Assembly: GCA_025358085.1 (NCBI GenBank)
Contig: JANYKT010000058.1
Span: 7,744-71,743 of the forward strand
Direction: 5' to 3'
DNA from: Deltaproteobacteria bacterium
GTDB taxonomy: Bacteria > Myxococcota > Myxococcia > Myxococcales > 40CM-4-68-19
Length of the DNA stretch: 64,000 bases
Positions 28,902 through 38,220 of the stretch are shown one piece after another. Both the position numbers and the translations under genes were made by a program. Within the stretch, counting starts at the first letter, position 1. Each line of letters opens with the position of its first letter. A model generated the notes under the pieces. The model saw only the letters and a program-made list of their open reading frames with translations. It searched no databases and was not told the origin of the DNA.

Positions 28902-29287
28902 AGGCAGGCTTGGCGTGGGCGCGGTCGCCAGTGCCGCAGAGCCTCGCCGAATGAGGTTTCGCCACTGAACTGTACCGGCGAACCCCCGGGTCCCGGCCAG
29001 TTCTCGGTCAAAGCAAAGCTGCCCGTCAATTCGCAGCCCGCGCGTCGCAGTGCCTCCCGCGGAATCTCATCGCGGAAATGCCGCGCGAGATCGATGTCGA
29101 GGGTGGTGCGTGGCTCGGCCGCGTGGATCTGGTACGCGAGTCCATTGGTGAGGGCCCACTCGATGCCGGCCTCGTTGAGCACGCGCGCCACGGGTAGAAG
29201 ATCGTCCTGCTTCGATTCCAGGCGCTCCCCGCGAAGCAGATGCCAGCGCTGGTCGAGTCGGAATCCGATATCGAGTCCCGTCTTCAT
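28898..29287 (-). CDS. Hypothetical protein; weak nucleotidyltransferase-like motif (TTLDIDLA)
   Basis: 129-aa ORF with no strong family signature. Confidence 0.3.
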   Translation of the reverse strand: MKTGLDIGFRLDQRWHLLRGERLESKQDDLLPVARVLNEAGIEWALTNGLAYQIHAAEPRTTLDIDLARHFRDEIPREALRRAGCELTGSFALTENWPGPGGSPVQFSGETSFGEALRHWRPRPRQACL

Positions 29288-29462
29288 TGCCAGCAGTCTG
29301 GGTCGAGCTCGACCGAGTCTGCCGGAGACGATCCGGAACGAGTTGCAAGACCAAAATCTTCATCGGCGTTGCATTGACACGGCCGCCCCCACTGGGGCGA
29401 AACTGGGCGTTGTGGCTATTCCCGTCGGGCCGAGTGAGGTGGGGTTCCCGGCGAGCCGCAGC

Positions 29463-31472
29463 ATGCCTGTTCCGCGGGCCCCAAACCCTTCCTGCACGGT
29501 GCTTCTCCTGGGCCCCTCCGGGGCTCTGCGGCACCAAGTCGCGGAGCAGCTGATTGCGCGCGGGATCCAGCCCCGCCTGGCTGAAGATGTCCCCAGCGGG
29601 GGGGTCTCTCATTGGCTTTGACTCTCTTCCCTGATGCGACGGTGGCCGAAATCGGCGCGCGCTTCAAAGAACTTTCCCGGGCGGGCGTTCGCGAGATCAT
29701 CAGTCTCTGCTTGGAGCTTGAAGCTCCGCACGCCGAGGCGGTGTTGCGCGCGGGAGCCACCGATGTCCTGGCAGTGCCCGAAGGACTGCCCTTCCTCTTT
29801 TCGCGCGTCAGCGCCGCAAACGATCGTCTGCGCCGGTTCGCCGATGCCAATCAGCTGGCCGACCGGGCGTTGGCGGAGAGTGAAAAGACGCTCCGTTCGG
29901 TGATTGATTGCGCCACCGATGTCATCTTCATCAAAGACCTGGACGGCCGCTACCTGCATATGAACCCGGCGGGCGCGTTTCTGCTGGGGATGAAGCAGGA
30001 GATGATCATCGGATGCACCGACGAGCAAGTCTTTGGCGTCGAGGTAGGCCGCGGCGTACGGGAGCGAGATCAGCCGGCACTCGACCGCGGCGCGCCCTAT
30101 GTCTTCGAACAGGACCTCGAGTTGATAGGCAAGCTGCGCACGCTCTCGACCTGCAAGGCGCCCTGGCTCGGCGCGGATGGAGCGCTGCGGGGAATCATCG
30201 GTGTCAGTCGGGACGTGACCGACCGCAAGCAGCTCGAGGAGCGATTGATGCTGGCCGACCGCCTTTCTTCGCTGGGCACGCTGGCGGCCAGCGTCGGACA
30301 CGAACTGAATAACCCGCTCGCCTGGCTGACGGCGAATCTTACCTGGGTCTCCGACCTCTTGCGCGGCCTGCGCCCGGCGCTGCAGCAAGCCGGCGCCGAT
30401 GTCGATGAGGTGCAATGCGCGATGAGCGAGTCGGTCGAAGGAGCTGCCCGGATCAGTGCCATCGTACGCGATCTGAAAAGCTTCTCACGCGGCGAGGAGG
30501 GGAAGTTTGAACCGGTCGACCTGCAAGCCGCGCTGGAGGCCGCGGTGCGCATGGCGCACGGCCAACTTCACCAGCGCGTCGAAATCGTTCGCGAGTATGG
30601 GCAGGTGCCGCTGGCGCAGGGAAATCTGGCGCGACTCGGCCAGGTCTTTCTCAACCTCATCGTCAATGCACCCAGGCGATGCCGCAGGAGCGCGTCGCGG
30701 ACGGCACCATCTGGCTGCGCACCTGGCTTGCCGACGGACGCGTCCTGGTCGAGGTGCGCGACAACGGTGCGGGCATGAGCCCCGAAGTCCTGCGCCGCGC
30801 CTTCGACCCTTTTTCACCACCAGGAAGGTGGGCGGTGGCACGGGACTCGGACTCTCCGTTTGCCACACCCTGGTGACGATGATGGGCGGCACCCTTGAAG
30901 CGCAGAGCGCCCAGGCAGGCACGACGATGCGCGTGTCCCTTCCTGTTGCACGCTGTGAACCTCTTTCCCCTAAAGTCATTGAAGCATTGCCGCCCACGTC
31001 GCGCGCGAAAGTTTTGCTGGTTGACGACGAACGCCTGGTGACCCGCGCCGTGCGCAGAGCCATCTCCCCGCCGCACGAAGTGGAGCTTGCAAGCGGAGGC
31101 GAGGCTGCGCTGCAGTGCATCTCGGCCGCAGGCGGGCGCTATGACGTGATCCTTTGTGACTTGATGATGCCGGACCTGTCGGGAATGCAGCTCTACGAGG
31201 AGATTGCAAGGCGGCATTCCGGGTTGGAGGAGCGAATCGTCTTCGTCTCCGGGGGTGCCATCACCGAGGCTGCGCGGGTCTTTCTTGCGTCGGTCAGGAA
31301 CCGCGGGCTGGACAAACCGGTGGACGCAGCCAGGTTGCTCGCAGTGGTGGCTCAAGTTGCAGCGGAGTCGGCCCGAGCCGTCGTGACCAGATTGAGAGCG
31401 CTGGATTCAAGCAGCCAGAAGGCGAAGACGGGCAGTGATCTGCCCGAGGCCTTCTGTCGAGGGAACGATTGA
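29463..31472 (+). pseudogene. Hybrid sensor histidine kinase (degenerate REC - PAS - HisKA - HATPase - REC) disrupted by three single-base frameshifts
   Basis: Continuing the protein requires frame changes at the G7 run 29598-29604, at about 30668-30672 (NA[A/P]QAMPQERV...), and at the T5 run near 30812-30816 (AFDPFF-TTRKVGGGTGLGLSV). The H-box SVGHELNNPL, the N/G boxes, and the C-terminal receiver (VLLVDDE...ILCDLMMPDLSG) are all present but split over three frames. Confidence 0.55.
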
Positions 31473-31811
31473 AAGAGGGGAAAGCTCGCGTTCCAGGCGG
31501 AGGCCGCGACTGGCGTCGTCCAGATCGGCGAACAGGAGCGCCGGTGTTGCGATACCGCGGGCGCGCAGCGCGCGGAGGATCAAGATGCCTTGAACGTCGG
31601 CGAGCGCTTCGGCTGAAGGTGAGCCCGAAGCATCGATGAGCAGGCTGCGCGGCGTGCGGCGGAAGTCTTGATCGAGCAAGAGCGCGAGTGCGCCTGGAGC
31701 GAGCGCGAGCGCTTCGGCGAAGTGGCCGGCGCGGATGAAATCAAAGCCGGGGACGAAGCGGCGGAATCGTTCGATGTATTCAAAGCCGTCCTCACAGACA
31801 ATGATTCTCAT
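31407..31811 (-). CDS. Receiver-like (pseudo-receiver) domain protein lacking the acidic pocket
   Basis: MRIIVCEDGFEYIERF...LLLDQDF... has a REC-like topology without the DD pair. Its start overlaps the stop of the upstream TPR kinase (ATGA). Confidence 0.4.
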   Translation of the reverse strand: MRIIVCEDGFEYIERFRRFVPGFDFIRAGHFAEALALAPGALALLLDQDFRRTPRSLLIDASGSPSAEALADVQGILILRALRARGIATPALLFADLDDASRGLRLERELSPLSIVPSTEGLGQITARLRLLAA

Positions 31812-34795
31812 ATCGATGGTGCTGGAAAGCAGGCGCCGATGGCTTTGCGAAAAGGCAGGGATTCGGGGCGGACGATCAAATGGCCGTGCCACTCGCGGGT
31901 GAGGTCGCGGACGATGGCGAGACCGCGGCCGCTTTCGCGCGACTCGATCGCATCCAGGGAGATCCCGCCCGCGGCCGAGTCGCCGACCAGCAGGACGTGG
32001 AGGTCGCGGCCCGCGGCGTCGCGCTCGCGGGCGAGGCGGACGATCACGCGGCCGTCGGGGGCGGCAGCCGCCTGAGCGTTGCGCAGCAGGTTGGTGAAAA
32101 TGGTCGAGAGCGCTGCCTGCTCGACGGGGAACTCGATTTCCATGCCCTGCAAAAGGATGGATGGCGAGGTCCAGAAGGCGCCGCCCTGGCGGACTTCGGC
32201 TTCGACGGCTTGAATCCAGACAGCCAGTGCGCTTTTGTCGAGGCGGGTGCGCGGCCCCAGACGCAGCAGCCCGGCCATGCGCTGCGCGTGCACGGTGCGA
32301 ATGCGGACGTCGAGCGCGGAAAGCTCGCTCGCGCGCGAGTTCGGCGCGGAGGAGGGTGCCAGTGCAGGCGAGGATGCGAGTGCGGGCGAGAGTGCCGGCG
32401 CAGACGAGTGGTCGCGCAGCAGCGTCTCGGCGCGCGCGAGGTCGCGCACCAGCGGTCCGAACGACGGCTCGCGCGCGAGGCGCCGCATGGCCACGCCCTG
32501 CGCCCGCGCGGCCGTCCGCAGCCGCTCATAGGTGCGCGCCACCACCTGCGATGCGGGTTCGGGCGCAAGGAGCGCGCGCGCCACCTCGGCGGGATTCTCG
32601 CCGGCGAGGCCCAGCACGCTGGCGCGGTGCTTGATGACGTCGTGCCGCACCTCCGCGACCGAGCGCAGCAAAGTGGGGAAGAGCGACGGAGCGCGCACAA
32701 GCGCCGTCTCGACGGTAGCGCCGGCCCAGAGCAGCCAGGAGGCGAGGAGGGCCATCGCGAGCAACAGTAGAGCCAGCGCGAGGTTGCGCCGCTGGCGGTG
32801 CTCGGCGGCAAGCGACGACCGCCGATCGAGCGATGACTTGACGGCGCGCGCGTCGGCGAGGAAGGGATCGCCCTCGGGCGCGGTGGCGAGGAAGCGATCG
32901 AGGTGCGGCAGCGGCGGCTCGAGCTGCGCGAGCGCCCACTCGGCGTCGGGGATGCCGCGCGCCGCGGCCACTCGCAGCTCGGGCAAAAGCGCGGTCGAGG
33001 GCGCGCGGGCCGCCACGCGAGAGAGGCGCTGCAGCGATTCGAAGTCTGCTCCTCCCGCGAGTTTGACGCGCGCTGCGAGTTGATAACAGTCAGCAGCGGC
33101 AGGCAGCTCGCCCGCGAACTCGTGGACCTCGCCGAGCGCGAGCAGCCGGCCCGAGCCCAGCCCTTCGATGCAGTGGCCACCCAGCACTGCCAGCGCCAGC
33201 TCGGGGAGGTCGTCCGCGAGCGCGAGCCGCGCCAAGATATCCGCCGAATCGATCCGCGGCGCCGGCAGCAGCTGCGCGCGCAAGGCGCGGGCATCGTCCA
33301 GGTGCGGGGGCCGCGGCGCGCTGGCGACGTAGGCGACCAAATCGCTGAGCGCGCCTTCGCGGTTGCCAAGCTCGGCATGCAGTCGCGCGCGCTCGAACCG
33401 CGCCTCGGGCGTTCCCAGCTCAACCGCGCGATCGATCCACGGCTGCACCAGGCCGATCGACGCCCCGGCGCGGCGGAGCTGGGTAGCGAGATCGAGCAGG
33501 CCCGGGCCGTCGTCCGTAAGCGCCTGCACGGTCGCCTCGGGGACTCCGGAAATGATCGGGTAGAGCGCCGCTGCCGCCTCGACGAAGCCAGGCGAAAGCT
33601 GCAGCGCGCGCAACAGATCGACGCGCGCGAGCTCCGGCTCGAGTCGCCACTCCTGCGCCTGCTGGTAGAGCGCCTGCGCCTCGGAGGTGGGCACCCGCGA
33701 GGGCGGCACCGAGGTGCCGGTCGACAGCGGCGCCGACCCCGCCTGCGCGCGCGCCAGCTGCGTCAGTCGCTGGGCCTCTTCCGACCCGGAGGCTGAGCGC
33801 TTCAAGAAGACGAGCGCGTCCGCGGCCCGCCCGCGTCGCAGCGCTACCCGCGCGCGGAGCAGCCACAGCCCGGTCCATGAAGGCTCGAGCGCGAGCGCCT
33901 GCCGCAGCGCCTCGTCGGCCCGGTCGGCTTCCAGCAGGCCGCCGTGAACCGAGAGGATCTCGCCGAGCCGCCGCCAACCGCGCGCGTGCGAGGGCGCGAG
34001 CTGCGTGAGCACGCCCAGCTCGCGCGCCGCCTCGTCGATGCGGCCCACCGACTCAAGCGTCAGCGCTCGCAGCCAGCGCGCTGCCTGCCACCCCGGCCGC
34101 TCCGCGCTGAGCCGGTCGGTGATGGGCAGCGCGAGCGCCGGAGGCAAACTTGCGGCGCGCGCGAGCTCGGCGAGCTCCTGCGGCGGTACCGCCGGCTCGG
34201 GCCAGTCTTCGGTCGCGCGCGCGCGCTCCTCCAGCGCGATGCGGCCCTCCAGCTCGTTGATGCGCCGCTCGTCGCCCGACGAGAGACCCGGCTCGCGCAA
34301 GGAGAGCAGCCGTTCGCGGGCCTGCGCGGTGCGGCCCACCGAACGCTCGAAGTCGGCGATGCGGACCGACAGGTTGGCGATGCCGGACGGCGGCGCCAGG
34401 GCGAGGCCCTGCCCGAGAAAGGCGAGGATTTCGTCGGCGCGCTCCCAGCGATCGGGCGCGGCACTGAAGAGCTCGGCGAGGTTCGCCCAGGCATAGAAGC
34501 GCGCGGGATCGAGAGCGATGGCGCGGCGGTAAAGTCGCTCGGCGTCGGCGGCGCGGCCCAGGCGCCAGTAGGCGAAGCCGAGGTCGTTGGCGTAGGCGGC
34601 GTTTCGCGGCTCGCGGGCGAGCAATTTCTCGAGCACGGTAGCTGCCTCGCCCGGGTGGCCTTGCCGGAGCAGGCGCAAGCCCGAAGTCGCCGGGGCAGCG
34701 ACCGGCGCGGCCGCTGTGAGAAGTAGCCCGCGGGGCAACGCGGAGGGCGGATTCCGCGCGAGCGGCGCCGCGCAGAGGAGCAGCAGCAGGATCAC
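31808..34795 (-). CDS. TPR-repeat periplasmic sensor histidine kinase (HisKA_3-like H-box + HATPase_c)
   Basis: Signal peptide; ~650-aa TPR-rich periplasmic region; one TM helix (LALALLLLAMALLASWLLWAGA); EVRHDVIKHRASVL H-box; C-terminal TNLLRNAQ...GRGLAIVRDL ATPase motifs. Confidence 0.7.
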   Translation of the reverse strand: MILLLLLCAAPLARNPPSALPRGLLLTAAAPVAAPATSGLRLLRQGHPGEAATVLEKLLAREPRNAAYANDLGFAYWRLGRAADAERLYRRAIALDPARFYAWANLAELFSAAPDRWERADEILAFLGQGLALAPPSGIANLSVRIADFERSVGRTAQARERLLSLREPGLSSGDERRINELEGRIALEERARATEDWPEPAVPPQELAELARAASLPPALALPITDRLSAERPGWQAARWLRALTLESVGRIDEAARELGVLTQLAPSHARGWRRLGEILSVHGGLLEADRADEALRQALALEPSWTGLWLLRARVALRRGRAADALVFLKRSASGSEEAQRLTQLARAQAGSAPLSTGTSVPPSRVPTSEAQALYQQAQEWRLEPELARVDLLRALQLSPGFVEAAAALYPIISGVPEATVQALTDDGPGLLDLATQLRRAGASIGLVQPWIDRAVELGTPEARFERARLHAELGNREGALSDLVAYVASAPRPPHLDDARALRAQLLPAPRIDSADILARLALADDLPELALAVLGGHCIEGLGSGRLLALGEVHEFAGELPAAADCYQLAARVKLAGGADFESLQRLSRVAARAPSTALLPELRVAAARGIPDAEWALAQLEPPLPHLDRFLATAPEGDPFLADARAVKSSLDRRSSLAAEHRQRRNLALALLLLAMALLASWLLWAGATVETALVRAPSLFPTLLRSVAEVRHDVIKHRASVLGLAGENPAEVARALLAPEPASQVVARTYERLRTAARAQGVAMRRLAREPSFGPLVRDLARAETLLRDHSSAPALSPALASSPALAPSSAPNSRASELSALDVRIRTVHAQRMAGLLRLGPRTRLDKSALAVWIQAVEAEVRQGGAFWTSPSILLQGMEIEFPVEQAALSTIFTNLLRNAQAAAAPDGRVIVRLARERDAAGRDLHVLLVGDSAAGGISLDAIESRESGRGLAIVRDLTREWHGHLIVRPESLPFRKAIGACFPAPSI

Positions 34796-36510
34796 GCGCT
34801 GCCCCGCAGCACGCGCAGCCGCAAGCCCAGCTGGTTCATGCGCAGGTGCACTTTGCGGCGATTGGCTCCCGGCCCGAACAGCTCGACGGCCATCCGGTCG
34901 AGGTCGCCGTCGAGCGCGGTAAAGAGCGCCATCAGGTATTGCCGCTCCACGTCGGCGGAGATGTCAGCAAAGCTCTGGCCCGGCTTCAGCAAGATCGCAA
35001 CCCGGCGCGACCCTTCGACGGGATCGCCCGTGACCGGCGTGCGGTCGAGCTTCACCGGCGCAGAGGGCTTGCCGAGCAGCTGATCCCACAGCGCGTCCGG
35101 CACCGCGAGCACCGCGGGCGCGCGCTCCGTGAATGCCTGCGCTCCGCGCTTTTCGCCGCCGGCAAGACCTTCGGGCGCGTCCAGCTGCTGCACCAGCGCG
35201 AACACCAGCGCGTTGATCGCGAGCAGCTTCAACTCGCGATGGTTGCCGGGCCACGGGTGCGCCTCCAGCCGCGACAGCGCGGCGCTGCTGACAAAGACTG
35301 CGAAGGCGTCGCGCCGGGCCCCGCGCGCCGCGGGTTTGCCGAAGGTCACCGTGGAATTCGAATCGACGAAATCGTCGGGCGTGGGAAAGCGGGCGAGAAA
35401 GGCGCGCACCAACGGCCTCAGCGATTCGGACTTCAGGGCGTCGAGCAGCGCGAAGCGAATCAGCTCGGGCAGGTCGGCCCGGCGCTCGCGCAGCGGCGGT
35501 ACCCGCAGCCGCGTGGCCGGGTTGAGCCGCATATAGAGGTCTTGCCGGAAGCGGCCCTCGCGCACCAGCTCGGCGAGATCCAGATTGGTCGCGGCCACCA
35601 GCTTGGGCTGCGCGGGCCGCGGCTTCGAGTCGCCCAGCCGGGTGACGGTGCCCCGCTCGAGCACCAGCAAGAGCTGCCGTTGCAGGTCCAGCTCGAGATT
35701 TGCAATTTCGTCGAGGAAGAGCGTGCCCCCGTGCGCCTGCTCGAAGACGCCGGCATGGTCCTCGACCGCACCGGTGTACGAGCCGCGCCGCGAGCCGAAC
35801 AAGTGCGATGGCAGCAGCGACGCCGGCACGGTGGAGAGGTCCGTGACCACCAGCGGCCCTTTCGCGCCCGAGCGCGGGTGCAGCACGTGCTCGGCGAGGA
35901 AGCTCTTGCCGGTGCCGGTCTCGCCTTCGATGAGGACCGGCAGCGGGCTGCGCGAGAGAACCGAGAGCTTCTGCCGCAGCTCGGCCATGCCGGGCGCGCG
36001 ACCCCAGAAGACGTTGCCCTCCTGCGCCGCGTGCTCCCGGCCGAGCGCGCGCGTGATTTCGGCCGCGAGGGTGCGGCTGTCGACGATGTCGTTCTCGCAG
36101 AAGTGCACCAGCGGATCGGTGCTGCCGGGCGCGCCGTCGGTGGTGGTCAGCATCACCACTGGCAGGCGCGGGTAGTCGCGGCGCAGGCGCTCGAGGATGA
36201 AGAGGCCCTGCTTTCTCCGCACCGTCTCGAGCTTGAGGTCCGCCTTGTCTTCGGGCAGCAGCCGGTCCGCGGGCAGCGCGAAGTGCAGGTCGAGCACGAC
36301 GAGATCCGGCAGCGCGCCCTCGCACGAGAGAGCCTGCGACGCCTCGGCGTAGTCGTGCGCGCACTTGAGCGGGCAGCTTCGGTCGCGCTCCTCGCACACC
36401 TGGCAGGGGATGCTTTTGCCGCAGCGGGTGACGTAGTCGAACTGGGGCAGGTGCTTGTGGCAAAGCTCGATGGTCTGGTCGCGGTCGTCGATGATCAGCA
36501 GTCGGGGCAA
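34792..36510 (-). CDS. Sigma-54-dependent transcriptional activator (bEBP, Fis-type HTH) with a receiver domain carrying a five-cysteine insertion
   Basis: GETGTGKS Walker A, GAFTGA-like GSYTGA, and a C-terminal HTH. The receiver (LLIIDD...DLVVLDLHF) contains C-x5-C-x2-C-x6-C-x3-C (YVTRCGKSIPCQVCEERDRSCPLKCAH). The proposed TTG start at 36508-36510 has a GGAGG RBS 6 nt upstream; the track ORF extends to 36558. Confidence 0.8.
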   Translation of the reverse strand: MPRLLIIDDRDQTIELCHKHLPQFDYVTRCGKSIPCQVCEERDRSCPLKCAHDYAEASQALSCEGALPDLVVLDLHFALPADRLLPEDKADLKLETVRRKQGLFILERLRRDYPRLPVVMLTTTDGAPGSTDPLVHFCENDIVDSRTLAAEITRALGREHAAQEGNVFWGRAPGMAELRQKLSVLSRSPLPVLIEGETGTGKSFLAEHVLHPRSGAKGPLVVTDLSTVPASLLPSHLFGSRRGSYTGAVEDHAGVFEQAHGGTLFLDEIANLELDLQRQLLLVLERGTVTRLGDSKPRPAQPKLVAATNLDLAELVREGRFRQDLYMRLNPATRLRVPPLRERRADLPELIRFALLDALKSESLRPLVRAFLARFPTPDDFVDSNSTVTFGKPAARGARRDAFAVFVSSAALSRLEAHPWPGNHRELKLLAINALVFALVQQLDAPEGLAGGEKRGAQAFTERAPAVLAVPDALWDQLLGKPSAPVKLDRTPVTGDPVEGSRRVAILLKPGQSFADISADVERQYLMALFTALDGDLDRMAVELFGPGANRRKVHLRMNQLGLRLRVLRGSA

Positions 36511-36511
36511 G

Positions 36512-36850
36512 TCAGACCTCCACTGGAGAGGGCGTCGCGAGGCGGGCGAGCGCGTCAAACGCCGGTTCGAGGGCGAGAAGATTTTCCAGCGGGACCGGCC
36601 AGGGCTCTTGCAAGCCCGCGACCGCGCTGCAGAGCGCGCGCTCGAAGGCGTCCGTCGGCATCGGCGCGTCGCGCTTGAGGATCTCCCACAGGCCGAGCGC
36701 GTCGATGCGCTGACCCTCGGGACAGGTGAGCTGCTCCACGGCCATTCGCAACAGCGCGAGATCGTGAAGGCCAGAGTCGCGCTGGTCGCGCGCGGCCCAG
36801 ACCACGCGCTTCACCAGATCGTGCCGGAGCGTCTGCAACCAGGGGTGCAT
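36512..36850 (-). CDS. Hypothetical 112-aa protein translationally coupled to the sigma-54 activator
   Basis: Its stop codon ends 1 nt before the activator's TTG start. No recognisable domain and no TM segment. Confidence 0.4.
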   Translation of the reverse strand: MHPWLQTLRHDLVKRVVWAARDQRDSGLHDLALLRMAVEQLTCPEGQRIDALGLWEILKRDAPMPTDAFERALCSAVAGLQEPWPVPLENLLALEPAFDALARLATPSPVEV

Positions 36851-36877
36851 CTCTCCATTCTATAGAATCCAATCTCC

Positions 36878-37003
36878 GGGGACACCATCGCTTCTAATGG
36901 TGTCCCCAATTGGTTGCAGAAGGCTGCACGTATTCTGCAGAAGGCTGCACCGGACATAATCCGTATGGTGTCCCCATATTCTTTGTAGAAGGCTGCGTGG
37001 CAC
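36878..37003. promoter_or_regulatory. Cluster of palindromes and tandem sites in the divergent intergenic region between the sigma-54 operon and the SPFH gene
   Basis: GGGGACACCAT-N8-ATGGTGTCCCC (36878-36907) with a third half-site at 36965-36975. Two tandem TGCAG-N4-CTGCA palindromes (36915-36928 and 36936-36949, centres 21 bp apart) plus a degenerate copy at 36984-36997. Confidence 0.45.
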
Positions 37004-37008
37004 GGCGC

Positions 37009-38220
37009 ATGAAGAAGGACCGGGGAAGGAGGGCCACCCCCGTGAGCCACTTACAGAAAACCGCTTCATTCGTCCGCGCGGCCTGCGCTGCGCTTCTCGT
37101 CCTCTTCGTCGAATTCTTTTCCGTCCCCTGGCGCCGCGTCGGCATTGGCGTGCTGCTCCTCGGCGTCGCGGTCTTTCTCAACCCTCCCTTGCGCAGCGTC
37201 CTGCCCGGCGAGGTCGGCATTCGGGTGAACCGGCTCACCGGCACGCTCGCCATCAAGCAGGAAGGACCGGTGCTGGTCGCGCCCTTCCTGCACGAGCTGC
37301 GCGTCTACTCGCTGCGAGATCAAGTCTATCGGCCCGCGCGCAGCATGAAGTCCTCCGGCGAGGCGCCGTTCCAGTCGGTCGAGGGCCTGTCCCTGGGAAT
37401 GGAGGTCACGGTGCGGTACGCGCTCGACCCCCAGCGCATCCAGAGCGTCGCGCGCGCGCTGCCGCAGGACGTGGGCCGCGATCTGATCGAGCCGGTGGTG
37501 GACGGCGTGCTCTACCGGACGCTGGCGAAATACACGGTGCGGGAGATCTTCAGCGACAAGCGCGCCGAACTGCAGCAGGCGGTCGCGAGCGAGCTGTCGT
37601 CCGTGCTCGGCGCGGACGGCGTGCTGGTGCGCGCCCTCTTCCTCGGCAACGTGGATCTGCCCGCGCAATATCGACAGGGGATGGAGGGCATGCTGGCCGA
37701 AGAGCTGGCCTCGCAGAAGATGCGCTTCACGCTGGAGCTCCGGGAGAAACAGCTCAAGCAGACCGAGCTCGAGGGCGAGGCGAAAAAGATCGAGCGCGAG
37801 AAGGCGGCCGAAGCGTCAGCTTCCGAGGAAGTGATCGCGGCCAAGGGCAAGGCCGAGGCGATGAAGCACGTTCTGCCGTTCAAGCAGAAGGAGATTCAGC
37901 AGCGCAAGCTGGAGGCCGAGGCGCGCAAACAGACGCGGGTCAAGGACGCCGAGGCGGACTCGGAGGCGCGCAAGATCGAGAGCGTGGCCGAGGCCGGCGC
38001 CCGGCGCACCCTGGCCGACGCGGACGCGTACCGGATGGACGTCACCAGCAAGGCGCACACCGACGAGCTGGCGCGCGAGTCCACGCTGATCGCGGCCAAT
38101 CCGCTGCTGATTCAAAAAGCCTTCGCGGACAAGCTCTCCGACAAGATCCAGGTGATTGTGGCGGCGCCCGGCAGCGACGGCTTTTTCGGCGCAAACCTGC
38201 TGCCCGCGGTGAAGAAGTGA
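37009..38220 (+). CDS. SPFH/band 7 (prohibitin/flotillin-like) membrane protein with a long coiled-coil tail
   Basis: N-terminal TM helix, SPFH core, then a Glu/Lys/Ala-rich coiled coil. Confidence 0.8.
   Translation: MKKDRGRRATPVSHLQKTASFVRAACAALLVLFVEFFSVPWRRVGIGVLLLGVAVFLNPPLRSVLPGEVGIRVNRLTGTLAIKQEGPVLVAPFLHELRVYSLRDQVYRPARSMKSSGEAPFQSVEGLSLGMEVTVRYALDPQRIQSVARALPQDVGRDLIEPVVDGVLYRTLAKYTVREIFSDKRAELQQAVASELSSVLGADGVLVRALFLGNVDLPAQYRQGMEGMLAEELASQKMRFTLELREKQLKQTELEGEAKKIEREKAAEASASEEVIAAKGKAEAMKHVLPFKQKEIQQRKLEAEARKQTRVKDAEADSEARKIESVAEAGARRTLADADAYRMDVTSKAHTDELARESTLIAANPLLIQKAFADKLSDKIQVIVAAPGSDGFFGANLLPAVKK

Noticed and set aside
29612-30778. Treating 29612..30778 and 30507..31472 as two separate intact genes (sensor kinase + response regulator)
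   Set aside because: The kinase N-box, G1 and G2 boxes are split across three frames within 150 bp. The two ORFs are pieces of one frameshifted hybrid kinase.
36998-37011. TGGCAC hexamer resembling a sigma-54 -24 element just upstream of the SPFH gene
   Set aside because: No GC dinucleotide at the required +10 spacing, and it would overlap the ATG at 37009.
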